From Chloroflexota bacterium (GTDB lineage: Bacteria; Chloroflexota; UBA11872; VXOZ01): a stretch of DNA of 64,000 nt. Each line of letters starts with the position of its first letter. Positions within the stretch are counted from its first letter, which is position 1. A program made the position numbers and the translations under genes. The stretch spans positions 802,877 through 866,876 of the forward strand of contig CAXXVD010000002.1 in the NCBI GenBank assembly GCA_963662335.2, in the 5' to 3' direction. Of this stretch, positions 36,133-46,110 are shown in pieces. The notes under the pieces were generated by a model, which saw nothing but the letters and a program-made list of their open reading frames with translations, searched no databases and was not told where the DNA came from.

Positions 36133-37602
36133 ATGAACGTGGTTGTGATCTGCCTGGATACCATGCGCACCGACATGGTGCACAGTTTTGGCGCGGACTT
36201 CATTCGCACGCCGGTGCTGGACAACCTGGCCGCCGAGAGCGCGGTCTTCACTGAGGCCTATGGCTGCGCCTATCCGACGATACCGGTGCGGCGGGCGCTC
36301 TTCACCGGCATGAACAGCTTTCCGTGGCGGTTTGGCTTCGACACCCTGGGTTCCAGCCCCTCGCCGCGCGGCTGGCACAAGATTCCGCCGCAGCACACGC
36401 CGGTGGCGGAACGCCTGGTGGAAGCGGGCGTGAACACCGGCTTCATCGCCGACACCTACCACATGTTCAAGGCCACCATGAACTTCACCCGCGGCTTCTG
36501 CTCGTGGGACTTCGTGCGCGGCCAGGAGTTCGACCACTGGAAGACCCTGCCGCCCGGCGCGGTGGACCCCACCAAGCATACCGATGCCGACCCCGATTCG
36601 CCCCGCATGACCGGCATGGTGCAGTACCTCTGGAACCAGGGCGAACGCCCCCGGGACGACGACTTCCAGGCGGCGCGGGTTTTTGCCAGCGCCATGGATT
36701 GGGTGGAGAACAACGCCGCCTACGGGCCGTTCTACCTCTATATCGACTCGTTCGACCCCCACGAGCCGTGGGACCCGCCGCTGCATTACGCGGACGCCTA
36801 CTACAAGGACGATTCGGTGAAAGACTACATCTGGCCGGTGGGCACCGAGGTGCAAGGCGCGGCGGCGCAAGCGCGCACCAAGGCGCTCTACTACGGCGAG
36901 GTGACGTTCGTGGATACCTGGATCGGCCACTTCCTGGATAAGCTGGAGGCGCTCCACCTGCTGGACGATACGGTGATCATCTTTACCTCCGACCACGGCA
37001 CCGAGTTGCTCGACCGCAACCGCTTCGGCAAGTCGGAAGACCACCTCCAGTGGTTCAACACGCGTATCAACATGTTCATCCGCCATCCCGATAAGCAACA
37101 CGCGGGCAAGCGGCTGGACGCGTTTGTGCAGCACCAGGACGTGCCGCCGACGGTGCTGGATCTGTTTGGCGTGCCGTACCAGGGTCTCGACGGCAAGTCG
37201 ATGTGGCCGCTGGTGACCGGCGCGCGCGCCAGCAACCGCGACTTCATCATCGCCGGCTGGGGGCAGCACGCCACGGTGCGCGACCACGAACACAACTACG
37301 TGGTGGACTTCGAGCAAGGGCCGCGCACTACCGATAGCGGCGGCTTTACGGTGACGCAGGAGACCGCCGCCGCCCACGTGCAGGAAGAGCTCTACAATCT
37401 GCGCGCCGATCCGCTGGAGACGACGAACGTGCTGGAAACCGAGCCGGATGCGGCCGCCAGGCAGCGCGCCCGCCTGGAAGGCTTCCTGGAACAGGCGCTG
37501 CCGGCGCAGATGGACGACCGGGTGGATACCTACGAATACCCCCGGCGCGTGCACGCCAAGACGAACCCGCGCGCGGCCCGCGGCATGGCCGACACGCCCT
37601 AG
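36133..37602 (+). CDS. Sulfatase-like alkaline phosphatase superfamily hydrolase
   Basis: NVVVICLDTMRTD, TPVLD.LA, PTIPVRRALFTG, SFDPHEPWDPP, FTSDHG, DVPPTVLD. Confidence 0.88.
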   Translation: MNVVVICLDTMRTDMVHSFGADFIRTPVLDNLAAESAVFTEAYGCAYPTIPVRRALFTGMNSFPWRFGFDTLGSSPSPRGWHKIPPQHTPVAERLVEAGVNTGFIADTYHMFKATMNFTRGFCSWDFVRGQEFDHWKTLPPGAVDPTKHTDADPDSPRMTGMVQYLWNQGERPRDDDFQAARVFASAMDWVENNAAYGPFYLYIDSFDPHEPWDPPLHYADAYYKDDSVKDYIWPVGTEVQGAAAQARTKALYYGEVTFVDTWIGHFLDKLEALHLLDDTVIIFTSDHGTELLDRNRFGKSEDHLQWFNTRINMFIRHPDKQHAGKRLDAFVQHQDVPPTVLDLFGVPYQGLDGKSMWPLVTGARASNRDFIIAGWGQHATVRDHEHNYVVDFEQGPRTTDSGGFTVTQETAAAHVQEELYNLRADPLETTNVLETEPDAAARQRARLEGFLEQALPAQMDDRVDTYEYPRRVHAKTNPRAARGMADTP

Positions 37603-39383
37603 CGGTAGCGGACTGCCACCGCGCTGGCGCCCGCGTCAAAGTCTCCTGCCGCCAGCGCGCACGCCGTGCCAAAGACGCTCCGCCGCGCCAGCGGCAGCGG
37701 CTGTCCATCAAGCGAAACTTCCGCAATCTCCCGTCCCTGGTAGCGCGCGGGCAGCAGCAGCGTGCCGCCGGGCAGTCCTGCTTGCGCCTCCAGGGTGACG
37801 CGCAGAATGCCGCCCTCGGCGTCCCATTGCTGGTCTTTCAGCGCCGTGGCGCGCCGTTGCTCGTTGAACGTACACCAGGCGTCGGTGCTGGGCATGGGCA
37901 GTTCGTGCCGCGCCGCGTGCTTCAAGACCGCCTCGAACCAACCGGCCGTGCGGATGAACTCGCCGGTCTTCACCGTCACGCCGGTGGCGTAGATCGGGTG
38001 AAAGTAGAAGTGCGCCACCGTGTGGTAGCGCTCGATAGCGGCGTCGATGTATTCCTGCGAGACGGCAATCGCCTGCTCCTCGCTCAGCGGCGGCCGGAAG
38101 CTCTTGTCCACCAGCACGTAGTCGTCGCAGAAGAGCGTCTCCTGCTCGAAGAGTTCGATGAACTCGCCGTCCTCGTCGATGAAGCGCATGGGCAGGCCGC
38201 TGCCGGTCAGGTAGCCGTATTGCAGGTGGTCGCCGGCCCGGAAGTTGGTGTCCATGCGGAAACCGGCGTCGGCCAGCGCTCTCGCGGTCTCCACCCAGCC
38301 GGGCCAGATGACGCAGTGGTGGCGGGTGGTCTTGGGCGGATAGCCGTAGCGCTCCGCAAAGAGCGTGACTTCCTCCTGGATGCGCGCGCGCATCTGCTCG
38401 ACAGTGGGTTTGGCCGAGTGCCAAATGTGCGGCCCCGCCGAATGGCCGCGCCGCCGGTAGTCGCGCTCCATCTCCGGCGTGAGGTGCGGCAGGTGCTCCT
38501 CCATCAGATAAACCGTGTACTCGCCGCCGTGGGCTTCCACCATGTTGGTGTACCACTCCATCTGGGGGCGGGTCATGCTGTCGCTGTCGCCGTTGACGAG
38601 CACGATAGCCGGCGCGGCATCCGGGTAATACCAAAGTCTTGCGAGCGGCGCATGGGGCGCGCTCGCCCACTCCAGGATGCGCACGAGCAGTTGCTGCTGC
38701 AGGTCGGCCTGGGGCAAATCGAGCAGCGTTTGGTCGCGGTAGCCAACAAAAAGATCGCTGGGGCAGTAGAGGCCGTCTCCGTCGAAATCCGGCTTGGAGC
38801 CGGTGCTGGCCTGCTCGCGGCGGCCCTGGTGAAAGAGCACGGTGGACGTCGCCAGGTCGTACGTGAAGACGGCAAAGCGCCCCGCGCCATAGGTTCCGGT
38901 GACAATCGCCGGAAACGGCAGCGCCCAGTCGCGCCCGCCCAGCCAGGCGAGCACGCGCTCGCGGCCGCCGGGCGCGCCGTACATGTCCGCCGCGCCGTGG
39001 AACTGCATGAAGTCCCCGAGCGCCGCGAACCAGAGCGGATGGCCTTGCTCGGGGGCAATGTAGGCTTCATTGGCCGTGCGCCGTTGCTTCTCTGTGAGGC
39101 CCAGTTCCGCGGCGGTCTCGGCAGATGGACGCAAGAAGACCACCGGCGTGCCCTGCCGCAGCGCCGCCAGCGCCGCCTGTTCCGCACCCGTATCGGCGCC
39201 GCACGGCGCCAGAATCACCGCCTGCCGCCCCCGCAACGCCGCCGCCGCCAGCGGCGTCTCCCGCACGTTCCGCTCCTCCGCGCCGGTCAAACCCTCGGCA
39301 AAGAGCATCTCCAGCACGTAGCGCCCAAACGGCGCCGTCTGTGGGTCGTAGCAAGCTAACGGGGCCAAGAGTGAGGTAGGCAT
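37599..39383 (-). CDS. Hypothetical protein with N-terminal GATase-like and C-terminal NodB/polysaccharide-deacetylase-like domain
   Basis: LWYYP...VNGDSD, GHSAGPH, TRHHC, AGFRMDTN, TGSGLPMRF, FHP. Start MPTSLL (39383). Confidence 0.6.
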   Translation of the reverse strand: MPTSLLAPLACYDPQTAPFGRYVLEMLFAEGLTGAEERNVRETPLAAAALRGRQAVILAPCGADTGAEQAALAALRQGTPVVFLRPSAETAAELGLTEKQRRTANEAYIAPEQGHPLWFAALGDFMQFHGAADMYGAPGGRERVLAWLGGRDWALPFPAIVTGTYGAGRFAVFTYDLATSTVLFHQGRREQASTGSKPDFDGDGLYCPSDLFVGYRDQTLLDLPQADLQQQLLVRILEWASAPHAPLARLWYYPDAAPAIVLVNGDSDSMTRPQMEWYTNMVEAHGGEYTVYLMEEHLPHLTPEMERDYRRRGHSAGPHIWHSAKPTVEQMRARIQEEVTLFAERYGYPPKTTRHHCVIWPGWVETARALADAGFRMDTNFRAGDHLQYGYLTGSGLPMRFIDEDGEFIELFEQETLFCDDYVLVDKSFRPPLSEEQAIAVSQEYIDAAIERYHTVAHFYFHPIYATGVTVKTGEFIRTAGWFEAVLKHAARHELPMPSTDAWCTFNEQRRATALKDQQWDAEGGILRVTLEAQAGLPGGTLLLPARYQGREIAEVSLDGQPLPLARRSVFGTACALAAGDFDAGASAVAVRYR

Positions 39384-39534
39384 TTCAGTGTTCAAGGACT
39401 TTGCTTGGCTCGTCAAGGTAGCCACCTCTTCCGGTGAATGCTCAACTGCGGCTAGACCCCGTCTGTCAGGAGAGTCCAGCACGAGGTAAGAGAACTGAAC
39501 ACCCTTCTTGGAAAGGCCGCACCAATGTACAATT

Positions 39535-40329
39535 CTAGCTGGGCCGCGACCCAATTGGAGGCAATGACAGATTCTTTGCCAGACCCTCGGGATCCGACCA
39601 CTGCGATACCCTAGACAAAGATTCCACCAGGTTGTAGTCCTTGTCTGTCCAAACGTCAGCGGTGTCATCGAAGAGAGAGATGAAGCCAATTCCCTGATCT
39701 TGTACTGCGGGACCCAAGTCGTACCACGTGGCTACCACCCGATCGGTAATCCTACGCGCGGCGGAACGATTACTGGCGCTCAACACATTGACCAGGAACT
39801 TGCTCTCGTATGTGCGAACCTGAAAGTCAATTGACCAAGAGCGCTTTGAGTATCCTGTAAGCCTGGGCGGGCGTTCGAAGGGTAGATTGTGCCTTTCCAG
39901 GTAGTCAGCCACCTGGCTTGTGATCGATGGCGGCGTACGGGCCCGAAAGGTGAACCATACGTCGGCAACTCGCGACGCTACCTGTGCAACCTGGACGATA
40001 GCGGAAGCCAATTCGTTGGGATGGCAACGCGTTTCAATGACACCACGCCGAAACGCAACGCCATGGGTTAGGCATATATCGGAAACGAGCCTGGTTTGCT
40101 TCGCTGAGAGGCGCATCGAAAGTGACTGCATGCACAGCCAGCGCATGGTTTCACCAAAGTCTGTTACCAGAATCGTGTCGTCCTCGACCAACAGGAATAC
40201 GTCGATGGTGTCACCGTCCGGGTAGAGAAACGGCGTGGCGACCTGTTCGTAGGCCTCCTCATGCGTGTGCTTAAAGAGCGCGCCGACTTCGCGCTGCACG
40301 TTTGCGCTGTTCGTCAGGACAACATCCAT
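39535..40329 (-). CDS. DUF1828(/DUF1829)-like protein
   Basis: VATPFLYPDGDTIDVFL...VTDFGET N-terminal motif; C-terminal LTGYSKRSWSIDF. Confidence 0.75.
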   Translation of the reverse strand: MDVVLTNSANVQREVGALFKHTHEEAYEQVATPFLYPDGDTIDVFLLVEDDTILVTDFGETMRWLCMQSLSMRLSAKQTRLVSDICLTHGVAFRRGVIETRCHPNELASAIVQVAQVASRVADVWFTFRARTPPSITSQVADYLERHNLPFERPPRLTGYSKRSWSIDFQVRTYESKFLVNVLSASNRSAARRITDRVVATWYDLGPAVQDQGIGFISLFDDTADVWTDKDYNLVESLSRVSQWSDPEGLAKNLSLPPIGSRPS

Positions 40330-40335
40330 TGCGCA

Positions 40336-40776
40336 TTAGCCTCTCTGCAACTCTCCGCGGTGTTGTATGCGCGCTTCCAAGCAGAATTCTCTCCAAACGG
40401 CCGCGGGGTCAGCAGCCGATGCCGTTATGTCGTTGGGTGTATAAGCCACCTTATCTCTATGCCGTTCCGACCAGCGGTGTTTGTGCTTTCTGCCAACCTG
40501 TTCACCTTGCGGATTACGATGCCGCTTGCCCATATCAAGGCCATAGATGCGGCCCTCCGATCGCAAGATTAGCGAGTAAGACAGCCTCCGCGTCCTTGGA
40601 TTGTAGCTGCCATTAATAGATAGCGGCCAGCCCGCTTCTGATTCTACCGAGACCTTAAATGTCCAGGCGGGCAAGTGATTCTCGTCCTCTACCCAAGTAA
40701 TGTCCCCCTCGATTCTCTTTGAGAAATCCTCCAATATGGAGGAGAACTCGCAACCGGTCAACAAGGCGCCTACCAT
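40336..40776 (-). CDS. DUF6978-like protein
   Basis: RIYGLD...HRNPQGEQVGRKHKHRWSE...AY...FC...I motif; 6 bp upstream of the DUF1828-like gene. Confidence 0.65.
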   Translation of the reverse strand: MVGALLTGCEFSSILEDFSKRIEGDITWVEDENHLPAWTFKVSVESEAGWPLSINGSYNPRTRRLSYSLILRSEGRIYGLDMGKRHRNPQGEQVGRKHKHRWSERHRDKVAYTPNDITASAADPAAVWREFCLEARIQHRGELQRG

Positions 40777-40995
40777 TCTATTGTAGCGATCTCGTAGAGA
40801 GCGCGGTCGTCAACCTGCCAAGTCTACTTCTTCCAGGGATTTGGCAGTCTCTCGAGTGAGTAGATGTCGTTGTTCACCGTAAGGTCCACTAGACCACTTC
40901 CCACGTCCTCACAGCCTATCCGGCGCCATGGGATCACCCTTCATCGCAAACTGCAGTCCCTTTTTCAGGCATCGGGGGCTGCGAGGAGGCGGCTC

Positions 40996-41826
40996 CTAGT
41001 GATGATGATCGGGTATGAGAAAGCCCGGCGGGTCTACCGACTCCAATTCCAGATCGTTTCCGTGCAAATGGAAGGACGCGACGGTATCCTGCGTTGGGCA
41101 ACACAGACCGTCATCAGGCCCGTGCGCCACCATCATCAGGATAATATCGCCGCCGGAAATCTCGAGTGACGTGACGCGAACGCGGTCTCCCAGGTCGCGC
41201 GACCCGACGGCAACCGGCGCGCCATTCCGGTTGAGGACGGCGAAGAGATCGAAGAACGTGCCGCTGCCGCCGCCGTTATAGCTGAGCACTACCGCGGCAT
41301 CTGCCACGCCGTCGCCATCGAGGTCGCCAAAGGCGATTGGATCATGCAATACCCACGTCTCGGACGCGGCTCCGTACTCAAGTTTCTTGACTAGCTCGCC
41401 ATCCTGCAGGCGCACCCGGCGCCCATCGAGTACGTATTCGGCGTTGCGCAGCGCCTCCGGTGTGAGTGCGGGCGTTCCGTCCTGTTCAAAGACTGTGCCA
41501 TAGTCAGGCTCCCACTCGAAACGCTCTGAGTTTAGGCGTTGTTGGAGACCGTAAGGCCCGTTGACCCACGTGCGGTGCCCGTCGGTGAAGGCGGTATGGT
41601 TGTCGGCCTTGCGCCACACCAGCAGGCCGCCGGTAGTCCGCTGCGCGCTATCGCCGCTGGCGCTATAGCGCTCGTCTTCCAGGCACGCGCCAACGACGTC
41701 ATGGCCGATGAGGTCGCGGAGCGTGCTGAAACCAAGGACGAAATGGCATTCGTGCGCCAGCGTTACACCAGGTGTGACTATAAGTAGCGCAAACCCGAAC
41801 AAGAGCGCTGTGAGAACTCGTTTCAT
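40996..41826 (-). CDS. Secreted protein: same N-terminal module as 28322-29866 plus LppP/LprE-like C-terminal domain
   Basis: Signal MKRVLTALL...TLA; HECHFVLGF..LRDLIGHDVVG.CLE.ER...TTGGLLVWRKADN.TAFTDG.RTW.NGP.GL.QRLN.ERF.WEPDY; C-terminal GDLDGDG..DAAVVL...GGGSG...D..CCPT. Confidence 0.75.
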   Translation of the reverse strand: MKRVLTALLFGFALLIVTPGVTLAHECHFVLGFSTLRDLIGHDVVGACLEDERYSASGDSAQRTTGGLLVWRKADNHTAFTDGHRTWVNGPYGLQQRLNSERFEWEPDYGTVFEQDGTPALTPEALRNAEYVLDGRRVRLQDGELVKKLEYGAASETWVLHDPIAFGDLDGDGVADAAVVLSYNGGGSGTFFDLFAVLNRNGAPVAVGSRDLGDRVRVTSLEISGGDIILMMVAHGPDDGLCCPTQDTVASFHLHGNDLELESVDPPGFLIPDHHH

Positions 41827-41949
41827 TGGCATCCCTTTCAAAGTTTCATGCCACCGTCGATTCATGCTGCGACCTTTCGATAAGCTCGGAGCAGGCAGGC
41901 GCAGCATGAACGGTAGAAAAACCACGCGCTAGCGCCCGATGGTGCTCGT

Positions 41950-43248
41950 TCAACTCACGGCCGCCAGCGAGCGCAGTTCCGCCGCGTTTTCCTGCACCTT
42001 TACGAAGGCGTCGGCGATGTCGTCCATGTCCGCTTTCGTGCCCAGGAAGGCCGGTTGGCCAATCCAGAGCGTCTCCTCGCGGCAGAGGCGTTCGGCTTGC
42101 GGGCACTCCACTTGGCGATAGTCCATCCGGCGGCCGTAGTAGTGGCTGGTGAGCGGAAAGCCGCTGCGCAGCGCGCCGTGCAGGGCGTTCTGGAAGAGCG
42201 GATGCTTGTGCAGGGGGCGCACGTAGCCGGTGCTGCACGGAACGCCTTCCGCGGCCACGGCCTTGGCGACGAGTTCGCGCGGCGCGCCACCGAAGGCCTC
42301 GGCGTTCATGTACCTGAAGATGAAGATGTGGAGCGCGTTGCGTTCGACGAACGGATCGACGCGCACGTTTGCCAGTCCCTCGATCTCGGCCAGGCGGGAA
42401 GCGAGATAGGAAAAATTCTCGTGCCGGCGCGCCGCCCACTCTTCCAGATTGCCGAGTTGCGAGTGCAGGATCGCGCCCATGATCTCGGACATGCGGTAGT
42501 TCCAGGAGAGCACCGGAAACTGGGTGTCCACGGGGTCGTTCATATCGTCGTCCGCCAGGTCCACGTGGGAGCGCCAGAAGTCGTGGTAGTAGACCGCGCG
42601 CTTGTAGATCTCCTCGTTGTTGGTGGTCACGCAGCCGCCCTCGCCGCTGGTGAGATTCTTGCTGGCCTGAAAGCTCCAACCGGCCGCGTCGCCCAGCGAC
42701 CCCAGCTTGCCCTGGGCGTGCATGCCGCCGTGGGCGTGGGCGCAGTCTTCCAGCACGAGCAGGTTGTGCTTGCGGGCGATGGCGTTGATGGCGTCCATGT
42801 CGGCGGGCAGGCCGCCAAAGTGCACGGCAAAGATGGCGCGGGTCTTCTCGGTGATGTGGTCTTCGATGAGGGCGGGATTCAGGTTGTAGGTCTCCGGGTC
42901 GATGTCCACGAAGACCGGCACGGCGCCCACTTGCAGCGGCGCGCTGGCCGTGGCCATGAACGAGTACGGCGGCACGATGACCTCATCGCCAATTTCCACG
43001 CCGGCCGCCAGCACGGCTACCTCCAGCGCCGCGGTGCCGCTACTCACGCAGAGGCCGTAGGCGCAGTCGTGGTAGCGCGCGTACGCCTGCTCGAACTCCG
43101 CCGTGCGCGTGCCGCCCCGCCGCCGGTTCCAGCGCGCGCTGCGCAGCACGTCCGTCACCGCGTCAACCGTCGCATCGTCTACCAGCGGCCAACTGCCGAA
43201 GGGGGTTTGGCGCAATTTAGGGCCGCCATTAATCGCTAGTTTTGGCAC
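41950..43248 (-). CDS. DegT/DnrJ/EryC1/StrS aminotransferase
   Basis: SSGTAAL, GDEVIVPPYSFMATA, VFVDID, EDCAHAHG, SFQASKNLTSGEGG, NYRMSE. Confidence 0.93.
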   Translation of the reverse strand: MPKLAINGGPKLRQTPFGSWPLVDDATVDAVTDVLRSARWNRRRGGTRTAEFEQAYARYHDCAYGLCVSSGTAALEVAVLAAGVEIGDEVIVPPYSFMATASAPLQVGAVPVFVDIDPETYNLNPALIEDHITEKTRAIFAVHFGGLPADMDAINAIARKHNLLVLEDCAHAHGGMHAQGKLGSLGDAAGWSFQASKNLTSGEGGCVTTNNEEIYKRAVYYHDFWRSHVDLADDDMNDPVDTQFPVLSWNYRMSEIMGAILHSQLGNLEEWAARRHENFSYLASRLAEIEGLANVRVDPFVERNALHIFIFRYMNAEAFGGAPRELVAKAVAAEGVPCSTGYVRPLHKHPLFQNALHGALRSGFPLTSHYYGRRMDYRQVECPQAERLCREETLWIGQPAFLGTKADMDDIADAFVKVQENAAELRSLAAVS

Positions 43249-43440
43249 GGCTACGGAACCTCGCTTTCATCAGTTTAGAGCGCTCGTTTTCGTCGTCAGT
43301 GTGCACTATAGTATCATGACCAAGAGGGTGCGAAAGGACACGGGCCGTATTGCATCACCTATCGCTGCGGAAAGAGGCGTTGGCAGAGCGAGGCCGCCCG
43401 GCTACGCTAACGCAATTGAGTCGTTTGAGAGTGTCGAACT

Positions 43441-43815
43441 TTGCGCGCAAACCTGGTCGACAAAGACTTATCTGACGCTTTCGCAGAACTGAGGCATGCA
43501 GCGGCTGAGGCTGAGGAAGAGGGATTTGCCATGCCCTCCGGCTTGGCGGTGGTCAACGCTGAACGCCTTTTGCATGAGATGTACGCGATAGCGCCGCAGC
43601 GCTTCGAGGTATACCCCACACCGGACGCCGAGATCGCTATTCGCGCTTTGGCTCCCGGTAGATCGGTCATAGTGCTCTGCGCACCGGACGGCGGGGCGCA
43701 GTGCTTAGTTAACTTGAGCAGCGGGCGCAGGCGCAAGCGTTACCAGGCCACAGACATCTTGCCGGACGGCTTCCTAGAGGAAGCCCTTCTGGACTTGAAA
43801 GCAGAAAGCACATAG
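43441..43815 (+). CDS. Hypothetical protein (possible antitoxin/partner)
   Basis: ORF with EEEGF..PS..A..NAERLL...EVYPTPDAEI pattern; 6 bp before the next ORF. Start uncertain. Confidence 0.55.
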   Translation: MRANLVDKDLSDAFAELRHAAAEAEEEGFAMPSGLAVVNAERLLHEMYAIAPQRFEVYPTPDAEIAIRALAPGRSVIVLCAPDGGAQCLVNLSSGRRRKRYQATDILPDGFLEEALLDLKAEST

Positions 43816-43821
43816 TCCTGC

Positions 43822-44232
43822 ATGAGCGCGTTAGAGGGCATAGGGGAAGCGGAAGAGCTTGGCAGGGGCGTTTCTTCGAGTAAAGCCGCCAGACGACTGC
43901 GCAATTCGCGGGCGCGGCACTATGACTTTCTGCCAAGAAGAGGCGTAGTCGAGATATCGGTTGATAGGCTGAGTGTTGCTGGACTCGCGCAGGCAACCGC
44001 AATGGCTGGTGGTCGAGATAGCACCCGGGGCCGCACATTCTACGGGTGGTTGGTTGTCGCTGCGAGTGATGCGGCGCGCGAGGGACGCCGCGTAGTAGCT
44101 TCTCCCCTGGCGGGTAACCCCTATCACGCCGACATCATTCTGCCCCAACATGCCGCTGAAGACCGGGCAGAGCAAGCGCACCACGCCCAAGAATTGGCAG
44201 ATGCCTCACACTGGCGCGGCGTTGCCGGGTAA
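43822..44232 (+). CDS. Hypothetical protein, possible ART/RES-like fold
   Basis: EELGRGV...F.P....EISVDRL...FYGW...VVASP...NPYHADI. Confidence 0.6.
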   Translation: MSALEGIGEAEELGRGVSSSKAARRLRNSRARHYDFLPRRGVVEISVDRLSVAGLAQATAMAGGRDSTRGRTFYGWLVVAASDAAREGRRVVASPLAGNPYHADIILPQHAAEDRAEQAHHAQELADASHWRGVAG

Positions 44233-44315
44233 GCCGGATCTCTTCGATACTAGGTAGAATACCTACTCTCCGAGCACCCGCTCTCCTAGCTGACCCTTAC
44301 CTAGCGACGCTCTTT

Positions 44316-44648
44316 CTATGTTCTGACCAAAGCCGCAAGCGCTTCGCCGAGCATGGTCTCGAACTGTGCCATGCGTCCTTCAAGGTTCGCAACCCGCTCA
44401 CTTAGATGCGTAACGCGCTCACCAAGGCGGTCAATGCGCTCATCTAGTCGGTCAATGCGAGTCTCAAGACGATCAATGCGCGTCTCGAGGCGGTCTATGC
44501 GCGAGTGTACGCGGTTTAGCCCGGTGAAAATGAGCGTAGCAAGACCCATGGAACTAACGATGAAAGTGCCCAAAGTGGCGATGAGTTCGTAATTCGTCTT
44601 GTTATCCCCCGATTGCGGCCTCGCAGATACGCTACTCCTGCCTGCCAT
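44316..44648 (-). CDS. Small membrane-anchored coiled-coil protein with RIDRLE(T) heptads
   Basis: TM segment followed by RIDRLET-RIDRLET-RIDRLDE-RIDRLGE (21-bp DNA repeats). Confidence 0.7.
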   Translation of the reverse strand: MAGRSSVSARPQSGDNKTNYELIATLGTFIVSSMGLATLIFTGLNRVHSRIDRLETRIDRLETRIDRLDERIDRLGERVTHLSERVANLEGRMAQFETMLGEALAALVRT

Positions 44649-44941
44649 TAAAAGGCTATGCTAAAGAGAATGCAAGCGAGCTCCGCTCGCCGTACGGCCG
44701 GCGTACTGAGGGCGTTTTGCTTTTGCTCGCTCTCGTCAACGTGGAGCAGGCGTCACCCTGACGCACGTAAACACAGAGGCAGCGGTCTTGACCCCGCCTA
44801 GCCTATGCCCAAAAGGGGATACTGTAGATGCTTGGCCTGCCCGGCAACGAGGCGGGTAGTTGTCCAAGCGTCGAGAGGAGCCCCATCTCAGAGGATGCAC
44901 AATATGTGGCGTGGAAGCCCGGCGGCAGAGAGGAGCAACCG

Positions 44942-46081
44942 ATGAAAATCGTAGACATGCGCGTCCGCGCGTTCACCTACCCCTCCCGCATCGTGCGGGA
45001 TGCCGAGGGGCACACGCACCCCGGGCCGGAGCATGAGGCCGTGCAGTCGCTGCTCACGGTGGTGGCGGACGACGGCGCGGTCGGCTACTGCTTTGGCGCG
45101 CCGCAGCCGCGCGTATTGGAGGACGTCATCAAGCCCGCCATCATCGGCGAAGACCCCATGTACCGCGAGCGCATCTGGAAGACCCTGCACCACTGGCAGC
45201 GCATGTCGCGCGATTTGACCGACCGCGCGCTGGCGGCGGTGGACATGGCGATCTGGGACCTGGTGGGCCGCGCGCTGGGACAGCCGGTCTACAAGCTGCT
45301 GGGCGCGACCCGCGACTCCGTGCCGGCCTATGCCAGCACCATGTGCGGCGACGAGATTCCCGGCGGTCTGAGCACGCCGGAAGAGTATGGGGAGTTTGCG
45401 CTGTGGTGCAAGGAGCGCGGCTATCCGGCGTTCAAACTGCACACCTGGATGCCGCCCATCGCCTGGGCGCCGGATCCCAAGATGGACATTGCCGCCTGCG
45501 CCGCCGTGCGGGAGGCCGTGGGCGCCGAAATGGACCTCATGCTCGACTGCTACCACTTCTACAGCCGCGCGGACGCCCTCGCCATCGGCCGGGCGCTGGA
45601 AGACCTCGGCTACTACTGGTTCGAGGAACCGATGGACGAGTTCAGCACGTCGTCGTACGTCTGGCTCGCCGACCAGCTTGACATTCCCGTAGTCGGGCCG
45701 GAAACCGCCGACGGCAAGATGTACACCCGCGCCGAGTGGCTCGTCCGCGGCGCGGCCGACATCAGCCGGGCCGGCGTGAGCGACGTGGGCGGCATTACGC
45801 CCCTGATGAAGGTCGTCCACCTCTGCGAGGCCTTCAACGTGCAAATGGAAGTCCACGGCGGCGGCCCGGGCAACCTGCACGCCCTCTGCGCCATGAACTA
45901 CCCCGGCAAGTACTATGAGCGCGGCCTCCTGCACCCGCGCGTGGACTACGACGAGGTCGAACCCTGGCTCAATAGCACCACCGACCCCATGGACGCGCAA
46001 GGCAACGTCCACGTCTCCCAGGAACCCGGCCTGGGCTGGGACATCGCTTGGGACTACATCGAGGCGCACACGGTGTCATAG
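44942..46081 (+). CDS. Mandelate racemase/muconate lactonizing enzyme family (enolase superfamily) dehydratase
   Basis: [59 protein letters not shown]. Confidence 0.9.
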   Translation: MKIVDMRVRAFTYPSRIVRDAEGHTHPGPEHEAVQSLLTVVADDGAVGYCFGAPQPRVLEDVIKPAIIGEDPMYRERIWKTLHHWQRMSRDLTDRALAAVDMAIWDLVGRALGQPVYKLLGATRDSVPAYASTMCGDEIPGGLSTPEEYGEFALWCKERGYPAFKLHTWMPPIAWAPDPKMDIAACAAVREAVGAEMDLMLDCYHFYSRADALAIGRALEDLGYYWFEEPMDEFSTSSYVWLADQLDIPVVGPETADGKMYTRAEWLVRGAADISRAGVSDVGGITPLMKVVHLCEAFNVQMEVHGGGPGNLHALCAMNYPGKYYERGLLHPRVDYDEVEPWLNSTTDPMDAQGNVHVSQEPGLGWDIAWDYIEAHTVS

Positions 46082-46110
46082 ATGCTGACAGCAGCGCTTC
46101 CGTTAGGAAA

